64,000 nt of DNA from Escherichia phage 1-6af. The stretch lies in the sequence record OR983333.1; one strand, given 5' to 3'. Each line of letters starts with the position of its first letter. Positions within the stretch are counted from its first letter, which is position 1. Below the pieces are notes generated by a model. It saw nothing but the letters and a program-made list of their open reading frames with translations, was not told the origin of the DNA and did no database searches. This document shows positions 40,117-49,975 of the stretch, in pieces. A program made the translations under genes and the position numbers.

Positions 40117-40359
40117 TTAAATGTTGTTGGGTGAGAATAATTCCACACAGTCAAGCATGTAGTAGGAGTAACCAAAGGGTTTGGCTGTTAAGTTGGAAAC
40201 CATTTTATCAAAAAGGGATTGAGAAACATCCTCTTCTACTCCAACATCCTCAAGCTGCTGCTTTGTAGGATAGTCAGTGAAAGAGCAAAGAATTTCTGTA
40301 TCCTCTCCTCTGTCTGCATCCTCAACACGACTCAGAATCCAAATATTCTTCCTAACCAT
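40117..40359 (-). CDS. hypothetical acidic protein (80 aa)
   Basis: ORF in leftward operon. Confidence 0.3.
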   Translation of the reverse strand: MVRKNIWILSRVEDADRGEDTEILCSFTDYPTKQQLEDVGVEEDVSQSLFDKMVSNLTAKPFGYSYYMLDCVELFSPNNI

Positions 40360-40360
40360 T

Positions 40361-41017
40361 TTAATTCTCCAAAGTTTTCTTCAGAGCTGCCCACGAGATT
40401 GGGTAGAGCTTAGCCATCTCTTCATCTACGGATTTAGCAAACACTCGAACTTCATATTGAGCGTGAGAGGATAGTCGCTGACGGCACAACTCAAACCAGC
40501 CATACAAAGAACCAGTCCACACCCACTCAGTGATCATCCCCTGAGGAAGAACAAATCGAGCTTGCTCTGGTGCAATAAATTCAATCAACTTATCATATGC
40601 TGCTAAAGAAGCTTCATATGCATCATTAATCAACATTAATGCTTCAGCTCGCTCTCCGTCGATGAGTTGAATCCCTGAACCTGCATGGAGGTCCGAAGGT
40701 CTCGCAAAAATCTCTTTAGGGATGAAGACTTCAACTGCTCCATCTTTATACCGCCGGGACATTTCGTTCCACGAGAATCCAACCTGATGCTTTCCCAGCT
40801 GTCTCGCAATTGCGATAGGTGCTTTGCATCGGAAACTGACTTGCGGGTGTCGGAATGGAGTACAGTGTTTTTCCCGTGCAAGGAAGTTGATAAGTTTTGT
40901 GTCTCTCTCATTTAAGTCACCTTCTCGAACAACACCGAAAGATACTCTAGCTGCATTGACTACAGATTTGTCACTTCCCATAGCTTCGATTAATGTTGCT
41001 TGTAGTTGTTCATTCAT
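40361..41017 (-). CDS. thyX: flavin-dependent thymidylate synthase (ThyX-like)
   Basis: ARVSFGV...LINFLAREKHCTPFRH ... NEMSRRY blocks typical of ThyX. Confidence 0.6.
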   Translation of the reverse strand: MNEQLQATLIEAMGSDKSVVNAARVSFGVVREGDLNERDTKLINFLAREKHCTPFRHPQVSFRCKAPIAIARQLGKHQVGFSWNEMSRRYKDGAVEVFIPKEIFARPSDLHAGSGIQLIDGERAEALMLINDAYEASLAAYDKLIEFIAPEQARFVLPQGMITEWVWTGSLYGWFELCRQRLSSHAQYEVRVFAKSVDEEMAKLYPISWAALKKTLEN

Positions 41018-41032
41018 CCGTGAATATCCTTA

Positions 41033-41308
41033 TTATTTATTGCTCAGGGCTGTATCCAAAAAAGCTTTCAGGTTTGCTTCAGTCTGCATACCAGAGAGGC
41101 TGTAGTGTGCACCACTGTTACGGTCAGGCACAACGAAAGCAGGGATGCTTCGTACACCATACTTAACAGCTTGCTCACGACCATCACCTTCAAGGATGTT
41201 AATCTCTTCCACTTCTACATCAAACTCCTTAACAACCTTCTCAAAGGTAGGAGCCATTGCTTTACATGGAGCACACTGATCACTATAAAACTTAATTACT
41301 TTAGACAT
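41033..41308 (-). CDS. thioredoxin
   Basis: CAPC active site in thioredoxin-length protein. Confidence 0.75.
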   Translation of the reverse strand: MSKVIKFYSDQCAPCKAMAPTFEKVVKEFDVEVEEINILEGDGREQAVKYGVRSIPAFVVPDRNSGAHYSLSGMQTEANLKAFLDTALSNK

Positions 41309-41316
41309 GTAAATCC

Positions 41317-41496
41317 TTATGCAGTCAGGAGGTGAAGCAGGAATGGGATAACAACAGCTATGATAACCATGATGGTTGATGCTGTTTGAATCTCACCTTT
41401 CTTATCAGGGGTTTCTTCAATAAGCTTCCCAGAAGCCCAATAAATACCACCACCAATAAAGATAGCCCAAATACCCCATACGATTGCTGATAACAT
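41317..41496 (-). CDS. small two-TM membrane protein (59 aa), holin-like
   Basis: Two hydrophobic segments; not in ORF track (<60 aa). Confidence 0.3.
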   Translation of the reverse strand: MLSAIVWGIWAIFIGGGIYWASGKLIEETPDKKGEIQTASTIMVIIAVVIPFLLHLLTA

Positions 41497-41556
41497 ATAT
41501 CTATATCCTTATAAATAAGTTCGCCCCACCTCGGGTTAGGAGACAGGGCGGAGGTT

Positions 41557-42159
41557 TTAGTAAGACACATCACCACTTGAATGGGACATGTTGCTCTTGA
41601 CGAAGTAGCAATACTTGCCAAGACCTTCATTAATTTCTTGAAGCATACTCTGATCGACAGGGTAGGTGGCTAAATCACCATCAAACTCATCCATCTTCTC
41701 AATAATACACATCAAGGTCATGCACATATCAGAGAGCATACCGTCCATGTCTAGATCAGCATTACCCTCTGAGAACCAAGCATGAGAGAGGTAGTTAGCT
41801 GCTGTAGCATCCACTTTAACACAGTGGTAACGCATACGTTCAGCAATACGATCTCCTACCTGTCGTGCGTAATCTTCCAGCTCATCAAACATACCATGAA
41901 CACCTTGAAATCCTGCACCAGAGACGTTCCAGTGGTAGTTTTTAGCTTTGATATGCAAGAGTTCCATGTTAGCTTGTAAGCAGCTCAGGATGTGTTCTAG
42001 GCTGTTTCCACTAATCATACCCTGCATTGTTTCAAGGCGAGAGATTGATAGGTCGGACCGGTCTAACATGCTATAACTGTCACGACCGATCTCAGGTAAA
42101 TCAAAAACATTCTTATGCATTTGGGTTTTCTCCATCCAGTTCAACTGAGTTAGCAACAT
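41557..42159 (-). CDS. Dps/ferritin-like protein
   Basis: LQANMELLHIKAKNYHWNVSG..F...H..FDE pattern as in Dps ferroxidase region. Confidence 0.5.
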   Translation of the reverse strand: MLLTQLNWMEKTQMHKNVFDLPEIGRDSYSMLDRSDLSISRLETMQGMISGNSLEHILSCLQANMELLHIKAKNYHWNVSGAGFQGVHGMFDELEDYARQVGDRIAERMRYHCVKVDATAANYLSHAWFSEGNADLDMDGMLSDMCMTLMCIIEKMDEFDGDLATYPVDQSMLQEINEGLGKYCYFVKSNMSHSSGDVSY

Positions 42160-42442
42160 TACGTGCGATATTATCCATTACCTGCTGAGTAATTACGATG
42201 CAGTTCTGTGGGTCTACTGACTTAGAACGCCCCATTTCAGGGTCATACACCTTAACTCGCTTAGCAGTTGAACCTGTAACCTGAAGAACCTTCAACAGAT
42301 ATCCCTGATTACCAATAGACCAAGCAACAACATCACGATTCTTGATAAAGCGACCAAGCATATCACGATGATAAAACTGTTGCATCACCTTGGATTTTGT
42401 AATCTCTTCAGTGGGCGGGGCCACTTTACTCAAATCTAACAT
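42113..42442 (-). CDS. hypothetical protein (109 aa)
   Basis: ORF with promoter-like motif 40 nt upstream. Confidence 0.3.
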   Translation of the reverse strand: MLDLSKVAPPTEEITKSKVMQQFYHRDMLGRFIKNRDVVAWSIGNQGYLLKVLQVTGSTAKRVKVYDPEMGRSKSVDPQNCIVITQQVMDNIARNVANSVELDGENPNA

Positions 42443-42481
42443 AACTCTCTCCTGTAAAATACAAATTCTTGTTGTACTCTA

Positions 42482-42490
42482 TATACATTT
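42482..42490 (-). promoter_or_regulatory. AAATGTATA promoter-like motif variant (minus strand)
   Basis: One mismatch to TAATGTATA; 40 nt upstream of gene start 42442. Confidence 0.35.
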
Positions 42491-42514
42491 GAGAGTTACC
42501 ATATCTACTACCAA

Positions 42515-42724
42515 TCAGTAATAAATTACTTTAGACATAAAAGAACCCGAGTTAGGGTCTTCGTACCAGCGATGAATGTCAGCACTTTTAACTGTTCCAA
42601 TTAAAGTTTTCATCTTCTTCTTAGCAATACGAGCATCTTTACGGGTGTCAAATAATTTGATATTATCTTTACCTAGATGGTGTCCATCTTCCCAAACAAC
42701 ACGAACAGCCCATATCTTTTTCAT
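42515..42724 (-). CDS. hypothetical small protein, W-x5-W family (paralogue)
   Basis: MKKIWAVRVVW...TRKDAR..KKKM shared with adjacent gene. Confidence 0.35.
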   Translation of the reverse strand: MKKIWAVRVVWEDGHHLGKDNIKLFDTRKDARIAKKKMKTLIGTVKSADIHRWYEDPNSGSFMSKVIYY

Positions 42725-42918
42725 TAGTAATGTACCTTTCCGCTGATATAAACACGACCAGAGGAATACTCTCTGGCCTTATGAATGCTAATACTCTTAG
42801 TTAAGTCCATATTGAACATAGACTTTTTAAACTCTCGAGCTTGTTGGCGGGTAGGTAGTGCAGTCATAGTCATACCACCTGATGCCCACTTAATCTTCGC
42901 TAACCAGAATTGTCTCAT
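42724..42918 (-). CDS. hypothetical small protein, W-x5-W family (paralogue)
   Basis: MRQFWLAKIKW...TRQQAR..KKSM. Confidence 0.35.
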   Translation of the reverse strand: MRQFWLAKIKWASGGMTMTALPTRQQAREFKKSMFNMDLTKSISIHKAREYSSGRVYISGKVHY

Positions 42919-42971
42919 TTATCTTTCATCCACATTAAAGGAGAGATGAAGTCTACTTCTCATAGACTTCG

Positions 42972-43442
42972 CTAGGAGTTTTGCCTCTTCAAGAGTTTTA
43001 CTCCATACACAGACTCACGTTTACCATCTTTTTGAACAGATACACAGAACGTCCCGCCCTTCTCTTGGTAGACATTCTTAACTCCTAGCTTGTTATCAAC
43101 CCTTGTCTTAGCATTCTGACTGTTCTCAGAGTGAGAGCACTTTCTCAGGTTAGTTTCTTCTAGGTTTTCTCTGTTACCATCGGCATGATCTATTTGATAT
43201 TCATCCGATAAATCCTCACCAGTATAAAGAACAAAAAGAATCCTATGATTATGGACACGAACTCCTCCTAAGGGAATTTGATAATACCCATCTTTTGTGA
43301 GCTTGCCATCAGGTTTACCTACTATATCATTAGCAAACTTACTAGGCTTCCTTTTCCAAGAAAGCCCTGAAGGGGATGACATGTCTATATTAAAGAGATC
43401 AACTACTTCATCATAGCATATCAGCATGATTTGTTCCACCAA
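42972..43442 (-). CDS. HNH homing endonuclease
   Basis: GVRVHNHRILF...QIDHADGNRENLEETNLRKCSHSEN HNH_3-type motif. Confidence 0.7.
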   Translation of the reverse strand: MVEQIMLICYDEVVDLFNIDMSSPSGLSWKRKPSKFANDIVGKPDGKLTKDGYYQIPLGGVRVHNHRILFVLYTGEDLSDEYQIDHADGNRENLEETNLRKCSHSENSQNAKTRVDNKLGVKNVYQEKGGTFCVSVQKDGKRESVYGVKLLKRQNS

Positions 43443-43965
43443 AAGCTTTTGTTGGCCCTTGTTGGTTATTGTATGAACCTTTAGTTGCGTAGCTATCCTC
43501 TTCCGAGGATGAGTGTTTAAAGAATTCCATCTGACCGATACGCATTCCCGGCTTGATCAGCAGAGAGTGGTGCTGTAGGACGTTCTTGAATTCCATAGTT
43601 AACTGACTGCCATGCCAACCACCGTCAGCATGACCAGCGTGCATGTGCTCTAAGAAGCAACGACCGACAGTAGATCGTAGCATGAAGTCACAGCTAATGT
43701 TGTCTGGAAGGTTGAATGTCTCCACTGTATGAGCTAAGAAACACTCACCCGGTTTGATCACCAACCCTTCCTCTGGAATCATAACCTCATTGAAATTAGG
43801 GGATTCTTTAGCAGAGATATCAACAACCCCATTAGCTGCACCTTCCATCAGAACACGATCTCCAATACGAACATCAATGCTGGAGGAATTAACAGCTGAG
43901 TGTGGTGCATCAATAACACCATCATCAATTAATTTATGTAACTCTGGGCTTCCTAGTAAACTCAT
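43411..43965 (-). CDS. dcd: dCTP deaminase (dUTPase superfamily)
   Basis: N-terminal ...IDVRIGD and C-terminal G.QLTMEF.N....L.KPGMRIGQMEF as in Dcd. Confidence 0.7.
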   Translation of the reverse strand: MSLLGSPELHKLIDDGVIDAPHSAVNSSSIDVRIGDRVLMEGAANGVVDISAKESPNFNEVMIPEEGLVIKPGECFLAHTVETFNLPDNISCDFMLRSTVGRCFLEHMHAGHADGGWHGSQLTMEFKNVLQHHSLLIKPGMRIGQMEFFKHSSSEEDSYATKGSYNNQQGPTKAFGGTNHADML

Positions 43966-43974
43966 TCTTATTCC

Positions 43975-45288
43975 TTAGTTATTTGTTTCCATGTCAAAAG
44001 AGATTCCACGACCCGCTTCATCGGCAAACCGAACTGTACGGGTTTGAGGTTCTAATACTTCAGGGTTGTTGGCAATAAAGCGATCAGCGAGATTATCTAC
44101 CACATCTTGGGCCACACCTTCATCAGTCCACACAGCCCTAACAGGTGCGTTGATATCACCAACAGCAAAACCCTGACCAGAGAACTGGTGACGGCTAACA
44201 GTCAAGCCGTTTGATCGACCACGAGAAGGACTAGACATCCATTGCTCCATAGAATCACTTGTAATACCAAGAGCTTCTTCAAAAGATGTTCTACGAGAAG
44301 AGCTTAGATTTCGTGCTTCATTTGCTCGACGTCTTGTAGGGGCTACAAACACCCCTTCAATTGCATTGTGTCGGTTAGGTTCGTCTTCTCTACCAAGCAG
44401 ATCACCACCTGTATTAGTTGTTAAATTTGTCAACCCTTCAGACCAATACGCATGAATCTGACCGGAACCGTGAAGACTAGACATAATCTGAATCTCTTCA
44501 TAAGGGATTCCAAAAAATCGACTCATGTCTCGGTTAACACAATATAGAGCACTTGTTGTATCCTCAATAAGAGCAACCTGACCTATTTCATTAACAAGAT
44601 GACTGACTGGCTGAGGTGTAGGAAGGTATCGAGTTTGGGCCATATATTGATATGCAACAGATGGGGCTGAGAATCTTAACACTTGTGAATTAGGCCACTT
44701 TTTGTGAACGTATCTGATTTCACGACTAGAAACAACCACAGGGCAAGGGGCGGTCATAGCTAAATACCCATGAGGGGTCATGAATAAGTTGTCAAGAGTC
44801 ATCGCACCACGGCACATCATAGGAAAGTTATCCAATACCTCTTCGATAGAAGTAGGATAATTAAACATGAATTGGATACGAACCCCATTCCACTGAAACT
44901 CAATAATATCAGTGAATGTTAATTGAGAACCCCCAGCATAGGATTCGTTTGTAGCTTCAGCAAGAAGAGATGAATACTCAATATCTTGAGACTCAAGCCA
45001 CTCTTTAACGTTACTTTCAACTTCTCGTCCGAGATCTTGCCACTGCTCATGACGGATGAAAGTATTTCGAGTTCTTGGGGCCTGTCCTCTGACAATAAAG
45101 ATATCAATGTCATGCGGAGCTGTGTTATTAAGCACAGCATCACGAATAGCCCCACCAGTGATGATAGGACAAATACAGTCTGGAATCAAGTTGTTGTTAA
45201 TCAGCTGTTCAATGAAGTGACGACCAACAGTGATATCCGGTTGTTGAGCAACCTTATCTTCAATTCGGTTAATCGGGATAACAATCAT
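43975..45288 (-). CDS. CCA-adding/poly(A)-polymerase-type nucleotidyltransferase with long C-terminal extension
   Basis: ITGGAIRDAVL...HDIDIFI head-domain signature; start taken at ATG 45288 abutting exo gene stop. Confidence 0.5.
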   Translation of the reverse strand: MIVIPINRIEDKVAQQPDITVGRHFIEQLINNNLIPDCICPIITGGAIRDAVLNNTAPHDIDIFIVRGQAPRTRNTFIRHEQWQDLGREVESNVKEWLESQDIEYSSLLAEATNESYAGGSQLTFTDIIEFQWNGVRIQFMFNYPTSIEEVLDNFPMMCRGAMTLDNLFMTPHGYLAMTAPCPVVVSSREIRYVHKKWPNSQVLRFSAPSVAYQYMAQTRYLPTPQPVSHLVNEIGQVALIEDTTSALYCVNRDMSRFFGIPYEEIQIMSSLHGSGQIHAYWSEGLTNLTTNTGGDLLGREDEPNRHNAIEGVFVAPTRRRANEARNLSSSRRTSFEEALGITSDSMEQWMSSPSRGRSNGLTVSRHQFSGQGFAVGDINAPVRAVWTDEGVAQDVVDNLADRFIANNPEVLEPQTRTVRFADEAGRGISFDMETNN

Positions 45289-45289
45289 T

Positions 45290-45847
45290 TTACATTTTCC
45301 AATATAATGAAGGTGGGTCGTAAGGGTCAAATCCTGTGATTTCACACAAGAAAAGATAAACCTTAACAGTTAAGTTAACGTCCTGTTCACAATAAGTAAA
45401 CATATCTTCAGTGAAAGCATCCCATGCTTCCTCTTGCTCACCATAATCGCCCTTAAGTTCTCCTAAGAACTCACCCCACTGCTTCAAACCATGACCCCTT
45501 GGGCCACGTCTAGGGTCGCCTTTCGGATACTCAGGACTGTCACCAATACGGTCAGGTTTAAGATATCGACTAAGACATAAAGTGTCAAAGACGTTAAAAT
45601 TATATTTAATCAAAGAGGGATACATCTTCTTCAGAGCAGGTAAGTCGAAGTCAATAATATTATGACCCACGAGCACATCTGCTTCTGTCAGTTTACGAAT
45701 CCCGTCTTCGATTTGGTGAGGCCGATAGCCCCACCTTTCACCAGTTTCAACATCGAAGATATAAATACACCATACTTTAGTTATGTCATCGTACAGTGCA
45801 TTACTCTCGATATCGAATGCAAACACTTTCTTCTTTTTCTTTACCAC
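45290..45847 (-). CDS. DNA polymerase 3'-5' exonuclease domain (T7 gp5 N-terminal-like), separate gene
   Basis: [44 protein letters not shown] blocks align to T7 gp5 residues 1-190. Confidence 0.75.
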   Translation of the reverse strand: MVKKKKKVFAFDIESNALYDDITKVWCIYIFDVETGERWGYRPHQIEDGIRKLTEADVLVGHNIIDFDLPALKKMYPSLIKYNFNVFDTLCLSRYLKPDRIGDSPEYPKGDPRRGPRGHGLKQWGEFLGELKGDYGEQEEAWDAFTEDMFTYCEQDVNLTVKVYLFLCEITGFDPYDPPSLYWKM

Positions 45848-47631
45848 GGTGAAGCTCCATCTGCTTGGTTGACGAGAGAAGCTGCATCCTCTCCATTAGT
45901 TAAAACGAATGGATTATCTTCATCAACTTCAAAGTCTTCCCTCTCTACAAGTCTACCGGTTTCACTGATATACTTAGTATAACAGACACCTGTCTGACCG
46001 TAGTTGCGTTCTTTCAGTAATCGAATGACTGAGAGGTTCTTAGCTAAGCCGTCAGCTTGCTTGTCACGCTCAAAACCAATGATACACTGACACCAACGCA
46101 TAAGAGAACGAGAGCCAGTGAACTGCACTTCACGTACCTGTCCACCTTCTTCATGAGGAGCACCACCTGCCGGAGCATTAAGGTGAGATAACACGAAAGC
46201 GGTAAAGTCTAGTTCTTTACACATACCAGCAAGCTCGGAAGCAATCTTACTGATTTCAGTGTTAATCTCTGAAGGGGTTAAATGAGACACCAGAGCGGTA
46301 ATGTTATCAAGGATGATGAACTTACACTGGTTTTCAACTACCCAGAAACGAATACACTGTTTAATGTCTTCCCACTCATTCTGTCCGAAGTTGTCATACA
46401 AGAAGAATTTGTCTGCATAACGAAGTGCTTCATTACGCAAATCCTCCTCATCATATTCAACATCGGGTCGGTGGAAAGGAATTGATGCTGACTTACCAGC
46501 AATGTTCTTAACAGACATGCCTACCTTCTCTTCCAAGAAGAAGCCACCTCCATTAAAACCATGCTCTAAGCACAGATGAGCAACCAGCTCGTGAGCAATG
46601 AGTGTTTTACCACTACCAACCCCACCACCAATTGCTACCACCTCTCCCCATCGAATACCGAAGGTCATCTCATTCAGAGTCTTCCACGGATATGGGATAC
46701 CCCACTCCGCTTTCTTCAGAGCATCATCAAGGCAATCAAAGATTGTTACAGCTCCAGCAGGAGATTCCCGCTTTGCTGAATACTTGAGAATGTTGAATAA
46801 CTCTTGACCACGACCAGACAGAAGCATATCATTCGCATCCTTAATCTCTTTCTCCACACCGTTGTATGGGAAGGTTCCTTTAGGGATACGAGCAAACTTG
46901 ACATGAGGGAATAAAGAACGACCTTTTGTTAAAGCTATCTCACCTGCATCATCGTTGTCCATGCAGAGCACAACCTCCTCAAAACCATTTACGAAGTCTC
47001 GATTACGAGACAACACAGAAGAGATTGAACCTGCACCGAACGGTAAAGAAACACAGGCTGGTTTAATGTTTGTTGCATTTGTAAAAGCTGTAAGGACATG
47101 GAAACCAGACATACAAGATAGCGGGTCTTCAAAAATGAAGAGCTTCTTGTTGTACACATCTCCACGTTGAGCTTGTGCCATACCAAATAAATCTGCTTCT
47201 TTCACACTGCCGACATAATAAAACTTCTTATTATCTAGCAGCTTAACCTCGTAACCAACAATGTTTCCATCACGTTCGCGAGGAAAGAAGTAGCTGTCTG
47301 GAGTCTGACCGTCAGTTTGACTGAGGCCAATACGACACTCAAAACGCTCTGATACAGCTTTTGGGATTAAACGTCGAGTAAGCTCTCCCTGAGGAAGCTC
47401 TAAGCAATCATCTAAGACTTCTCTCAACTCTTCAGGGGATAACTCTTTTCTCTCGTTTGGAGTAGGTGTAGTGCCCTTTTCGAACACTTCGTAATTCCCA
47501 CAACGGTTACAACTTCCCCACTCCTCACCTGTCTCTTCGTTACGGAAGAGAATCATGTGGTTGTGGGTTTTATCACGACCATGAGAGATACATTCCTTAC
47601 AACCTGTGTCTCCCAAAATGATCTTTGACAT
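45841..47631 (-). CDS. primase-helicase (T7 gp4-like)
   Basis: N-terminal Cys4 zinc finger, TOPRIM-like region, Walker [10 protein letters not shown]. Confidence 0.8.
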   Translation of the reverse strand: MSKIILGDTGCKECISHGRDKTHNHMILFRNEETGEEWGSCNRCGNYEVFEKGTTPTPNERKELSPEELREVLDDCLELPQGELTRRLIPKAVSERFECRIGLSQTDGQTPDSYFFPRERDGNIVGYEVKLLDNKKFYYVGSVKEADLFGMAQAQRGDVYNKKLFIFEDPLSCMSGFHVLTAFTNATNIKPACVSLPFGAGSISSVLSRNRDFVNGFEEVVLCMDNDDAGEIALTKGRSLFPHVKFARIPKGTFPYNGVEKEIKDANDMLLSGRGQELFNILKYSAKRESPAGAVTIFDCLDDALKKAEWGIPYPWKTLNEMTFGIRWGEVVAIGGGVGSGKTLIAHELVAHLCLEHGFNGGGFFLEEKVGMSVKNIAGKSASIPFHRPDVEYDEEDLRNEALRYADKFFLYDNFGQNEWEDIKQCIRFWVVENQCKFIILDNITALVSHLTPSEINTEISKIASELAGMCKELDFTAFVLSHLNAPAGGAPHEEGGQVREVQFTGSRSLMRWCQCIIGFERDKQADGLAKNLSVIRLLKERNYGQTGVCYTKYISETGRLVEREDFEVDEDNPFVLTNGEDAASLVNQADGASPW

Positions 47632-47657
47632 GCTCTTCCTCCTTGGAATCCTTGAGC

Positions 47658-47861
47658 TTAGTAGAACGAACGAATTTCATCCCACACTTGTTCCTGTTCT
47701 TTCCTATAAAAAGAAAGTTGGGTCTTGAACATCTCCACTGATGATTCAAAGTTTTTGGTTTGTGCAGCTTCAACGAAACGTTCATGTCGGTTGATTTTGC
47801 ACCGTAGCATTAAATACTTGGCTTCAAGTCTCCGAAGAGCCTGCCTTTTCTCAAGATTCAC
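47658..47861 (-). CDS. hypothetical protein (67 aa)
   Basis: ORF. Confidence 0.3.
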   Translation of the reverse strand: MNLEKRQALRRLEAKYLMLRCKINRHERFVEAAQTKNFESSVEMFKTQLSFYRKEQEQVWDEIRSFY

Positions 47862-48270
47862 TTTTCAGATACTCTGACCAGTCGCCAGATTCAACCAGAA
47901 CGTCTTGTTCTTCGTCGATGTGATAAATCCAAGCGATAACAGTTTCACCTGAGTCCATCTTAACAGCAATCTGAGTACGCTGATAGAAGCTGTCTTCAGG
48001 GCTATGTTTGTTGTAACCTTCCAGACGGTCATACGGACCTTCCAGACCTGCTTTGTCAGTAGCAAACACTTCTACACGAACAGGCTTATTATTATTGCTG
48101 TGTGTGAGAGAGATGCTTGGGAAGTAGGAACCACCATAACGGAACAGATCGAAGTTGTCTTCAGTCCAACCTTCACCAATTGACTTAGCACCAGCTCGGT
48201 CATTAACTAAATAGTTAGCTTGACCACGACGAAGAGAACCATAAGTTGCTACGTAAATTACTTCTGACAT
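47851..48270 (-). CDS. AIG2-like / gamma-glutamyl cyclotransferase-like protein
   Basis: N-terminal VATYGSLRRG (YGSL) motif and size. Confidence 0.5.
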   Translation of the reverse strand: MSEVIYVATYGSLRRGQANYLVNDRAGAKSIGEGWTEDNFDLFRYGGSYFPSISLTHSNNNKPVRVEVFATDKAGLEGPYDRLEGYNKHSPEDSFYQRTQIAVKMDSGETVIAWIYHIDEEQDVLVESGDWSEYLKSES

Positions 48271-48339
48271 TATCTATACCTTTGTTGGTTTGTTTAGTTT
48301 ATCCGAACTAGCCTCCTCTTTCGAAGAGGCTAAAGCAGA

Positions 48340-48525
48340 TTACTCTGTAATAAAGATTTTGATTACGCCACAGATCGCTGCACTTTCAAACACTGCAATA
48401 GCTTCACTTCCTTGAAAGAAGGCCACTTTGCCATCAGTGAAGTTAAACATATCAGCATCGAGGTCCATAGCTCGCATTTCACCAGCTGCATTGGTATCTT
48501 TAAACAGAACTTTATACTTATTCAC
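48340..48525 (-). CDS. hypothetical protein (61 aa)
   Basis: ORF in cassette. Confidence 0.3.
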   Translation of the reverse strand: MNKYKVLFKDTNAAGEMRAMDLDADMFNFTDGKVAFFQGSEAIAVFESAAICGVIKIFITE

Positions 48526-48770
48526 AGATAGGTCACTCCTTTGTCTTGTTGTGCTTCAGTGATGATACGTTCTACACATTCCATAGAATACTTATCACCA
48601 CGTTTCAGGAAAGTTACAATTGCAGAGAATTGATTACCAATCATTCGCTGATTAGTAATACCCCACTCCTCACACAATTTACGCAACTCTTTACGAGAGC
48701 CTACAATAAGAGGCTCTTTTTGTTCTATCATTCCATTTTGTACTAGATCTTCCAATGAAAACATATCCAT
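48522..48770 (-). CDS. hypothetical protein (82 aa)
   Basis: ORF in cassette. Confidence 0.3.
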   Translation of the reverse strand: MDMFSLEDLVQNGMIEQKEPLIVGSRKELRKLCEEWGITNQRMIGNQFSAIVTFLKRGDKYSMECVERIITEAQQDKGVTYL

Positions 48771-48776
48771 ATATCC

Positions 48777-49973
48777 TTAGTAGTTTACAACAGTGCCATC
48801 ATTCAGGGTAATGCTATTAATCTGCAACACACGACCAAGCTGACGATCACTAATTGGAGCATTCCAGCCAGAGCGGTAGAAGTTACGACCGCAGAAGAAA
48901 ACAATTACGTTACTTGCTACAGTTGAACCGTTTTCAGGATGCTTGATGTTAGCGATGTAATAACCACGACGCAGATTACGACGGGTGATCGGGGTGATCT
49001 CTAACCCTTGCTCTTCAACTTGCATCGTTTCAGGAACAGGTTCCGAAGATTCTTCAGCAACTGGCTCAGCTGTTAATGCAAAGTTCTCATCATCTGCTGA
49101 TTCAGCAAATTCTTCTTCCGCTTCTTCAACAGGCAGTTGGTAAGCAACACGATAGTCAGGTTCAACACCAGAGAAGCTCTTAACAAACTCAACGATATTG
49201 TGAGTGTAAGTCTCCAGAGTTGTACCAGTCAGTCCCGGAGCTGTATTTACTTCCAGAACCCAAGCGTTATTCCCTTTACTAATCAGATCAACAGCACCGA
49301 AGTTTAAGCCCAGAGCAGATACAGCTTTGTGAGCTTGAATCAGAACTTGATCAGGAGGAGCTTCAGTGAATGCGTTAGAATAAACCCAACCAGTGTGATG
49401 GTTACGAATATCTTCACGGTAGCTTTCCAGTTCACGATATCCATTACGACGAATCTTCTTCTGAACGTAAGTGATAACACCTTCAAACACATGAACACGC
49501 CATTCACGACGTGGGCCTTGAATACCTTTCGTATACAGAGGAGCACTTGCAACACCTTCTCCCGGAAGACGAACGGTGATACCTTCACCAGAGTGACCAG
49601 TTAAGGTTGCACGTTCATAAACAATTTCGGTTCGGTTCCAGTTCAGAGCTAATTCGTGATCGATAGTGTATTCAACAGTCTTAACTTCAGCCAAACGCAA
49701 TGCGTTGAACGCTGCAATCTTGTTAGCCGCTCGGTTCAGAGCTTCAACAGGGTTCAATACGGTTGCACCACCAAAGAAAGAAGCATCATAACGGCGGTTG
49801 CCATAGTTTACAACAATATCACCAGCTCGAGAACGATAACGAGAGCCTTCTGATACCAAAGACATTACGTTAGCATTTAAGCGGAGTTCCTGAATCTTAG
49901 TATTAATTGCAGAAGTAAGTTCACGAACTGAATCGGAAGGGCCATAAGGAAGAACACGGATACGAGTAGTCAT
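48777..49973 (-). CDS. ATP-grasp ligase
   Basis: C-terminal WVLEVNTAPGLTG (EVN..PG) hallmark. Confidence 0.6.
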   Translation of the reverse strand: MTTRIRVLPYGPSDSVRELTSAINTKIQELRLNANVMSLVSEGSRYRSRAGDIVVNYGNRRYDASFFGGATVLNPVEALNRAANKIAAFNALRLAEVKTVEYTIDHELALNWNRTEIVYERATLTGHSGEGITVRLPGEGVASAPLYTKGIQGPRREWRVHVFEGVITYVQKKIRRNGYRELESYREDIRNHHTGWVYSNAFTEAPPDQVLIQAHKAVSALGLNFGAVDLISKGNNAWVLEVNTAPGLTGTTLETYTHNIVEFVKSFSGVEPDYRVAYQLPVEEAEEEFAESADDENFALTAEPVAEESSEPVPETMQVEEQGLEITPITRRNLRRGYYIANIKHPENGSTVASNVIVFFCGRNFYRSGWNAPISDRQLGRVLQINSITLNDGTVVNY

Positions 49974-49975
49974 TG

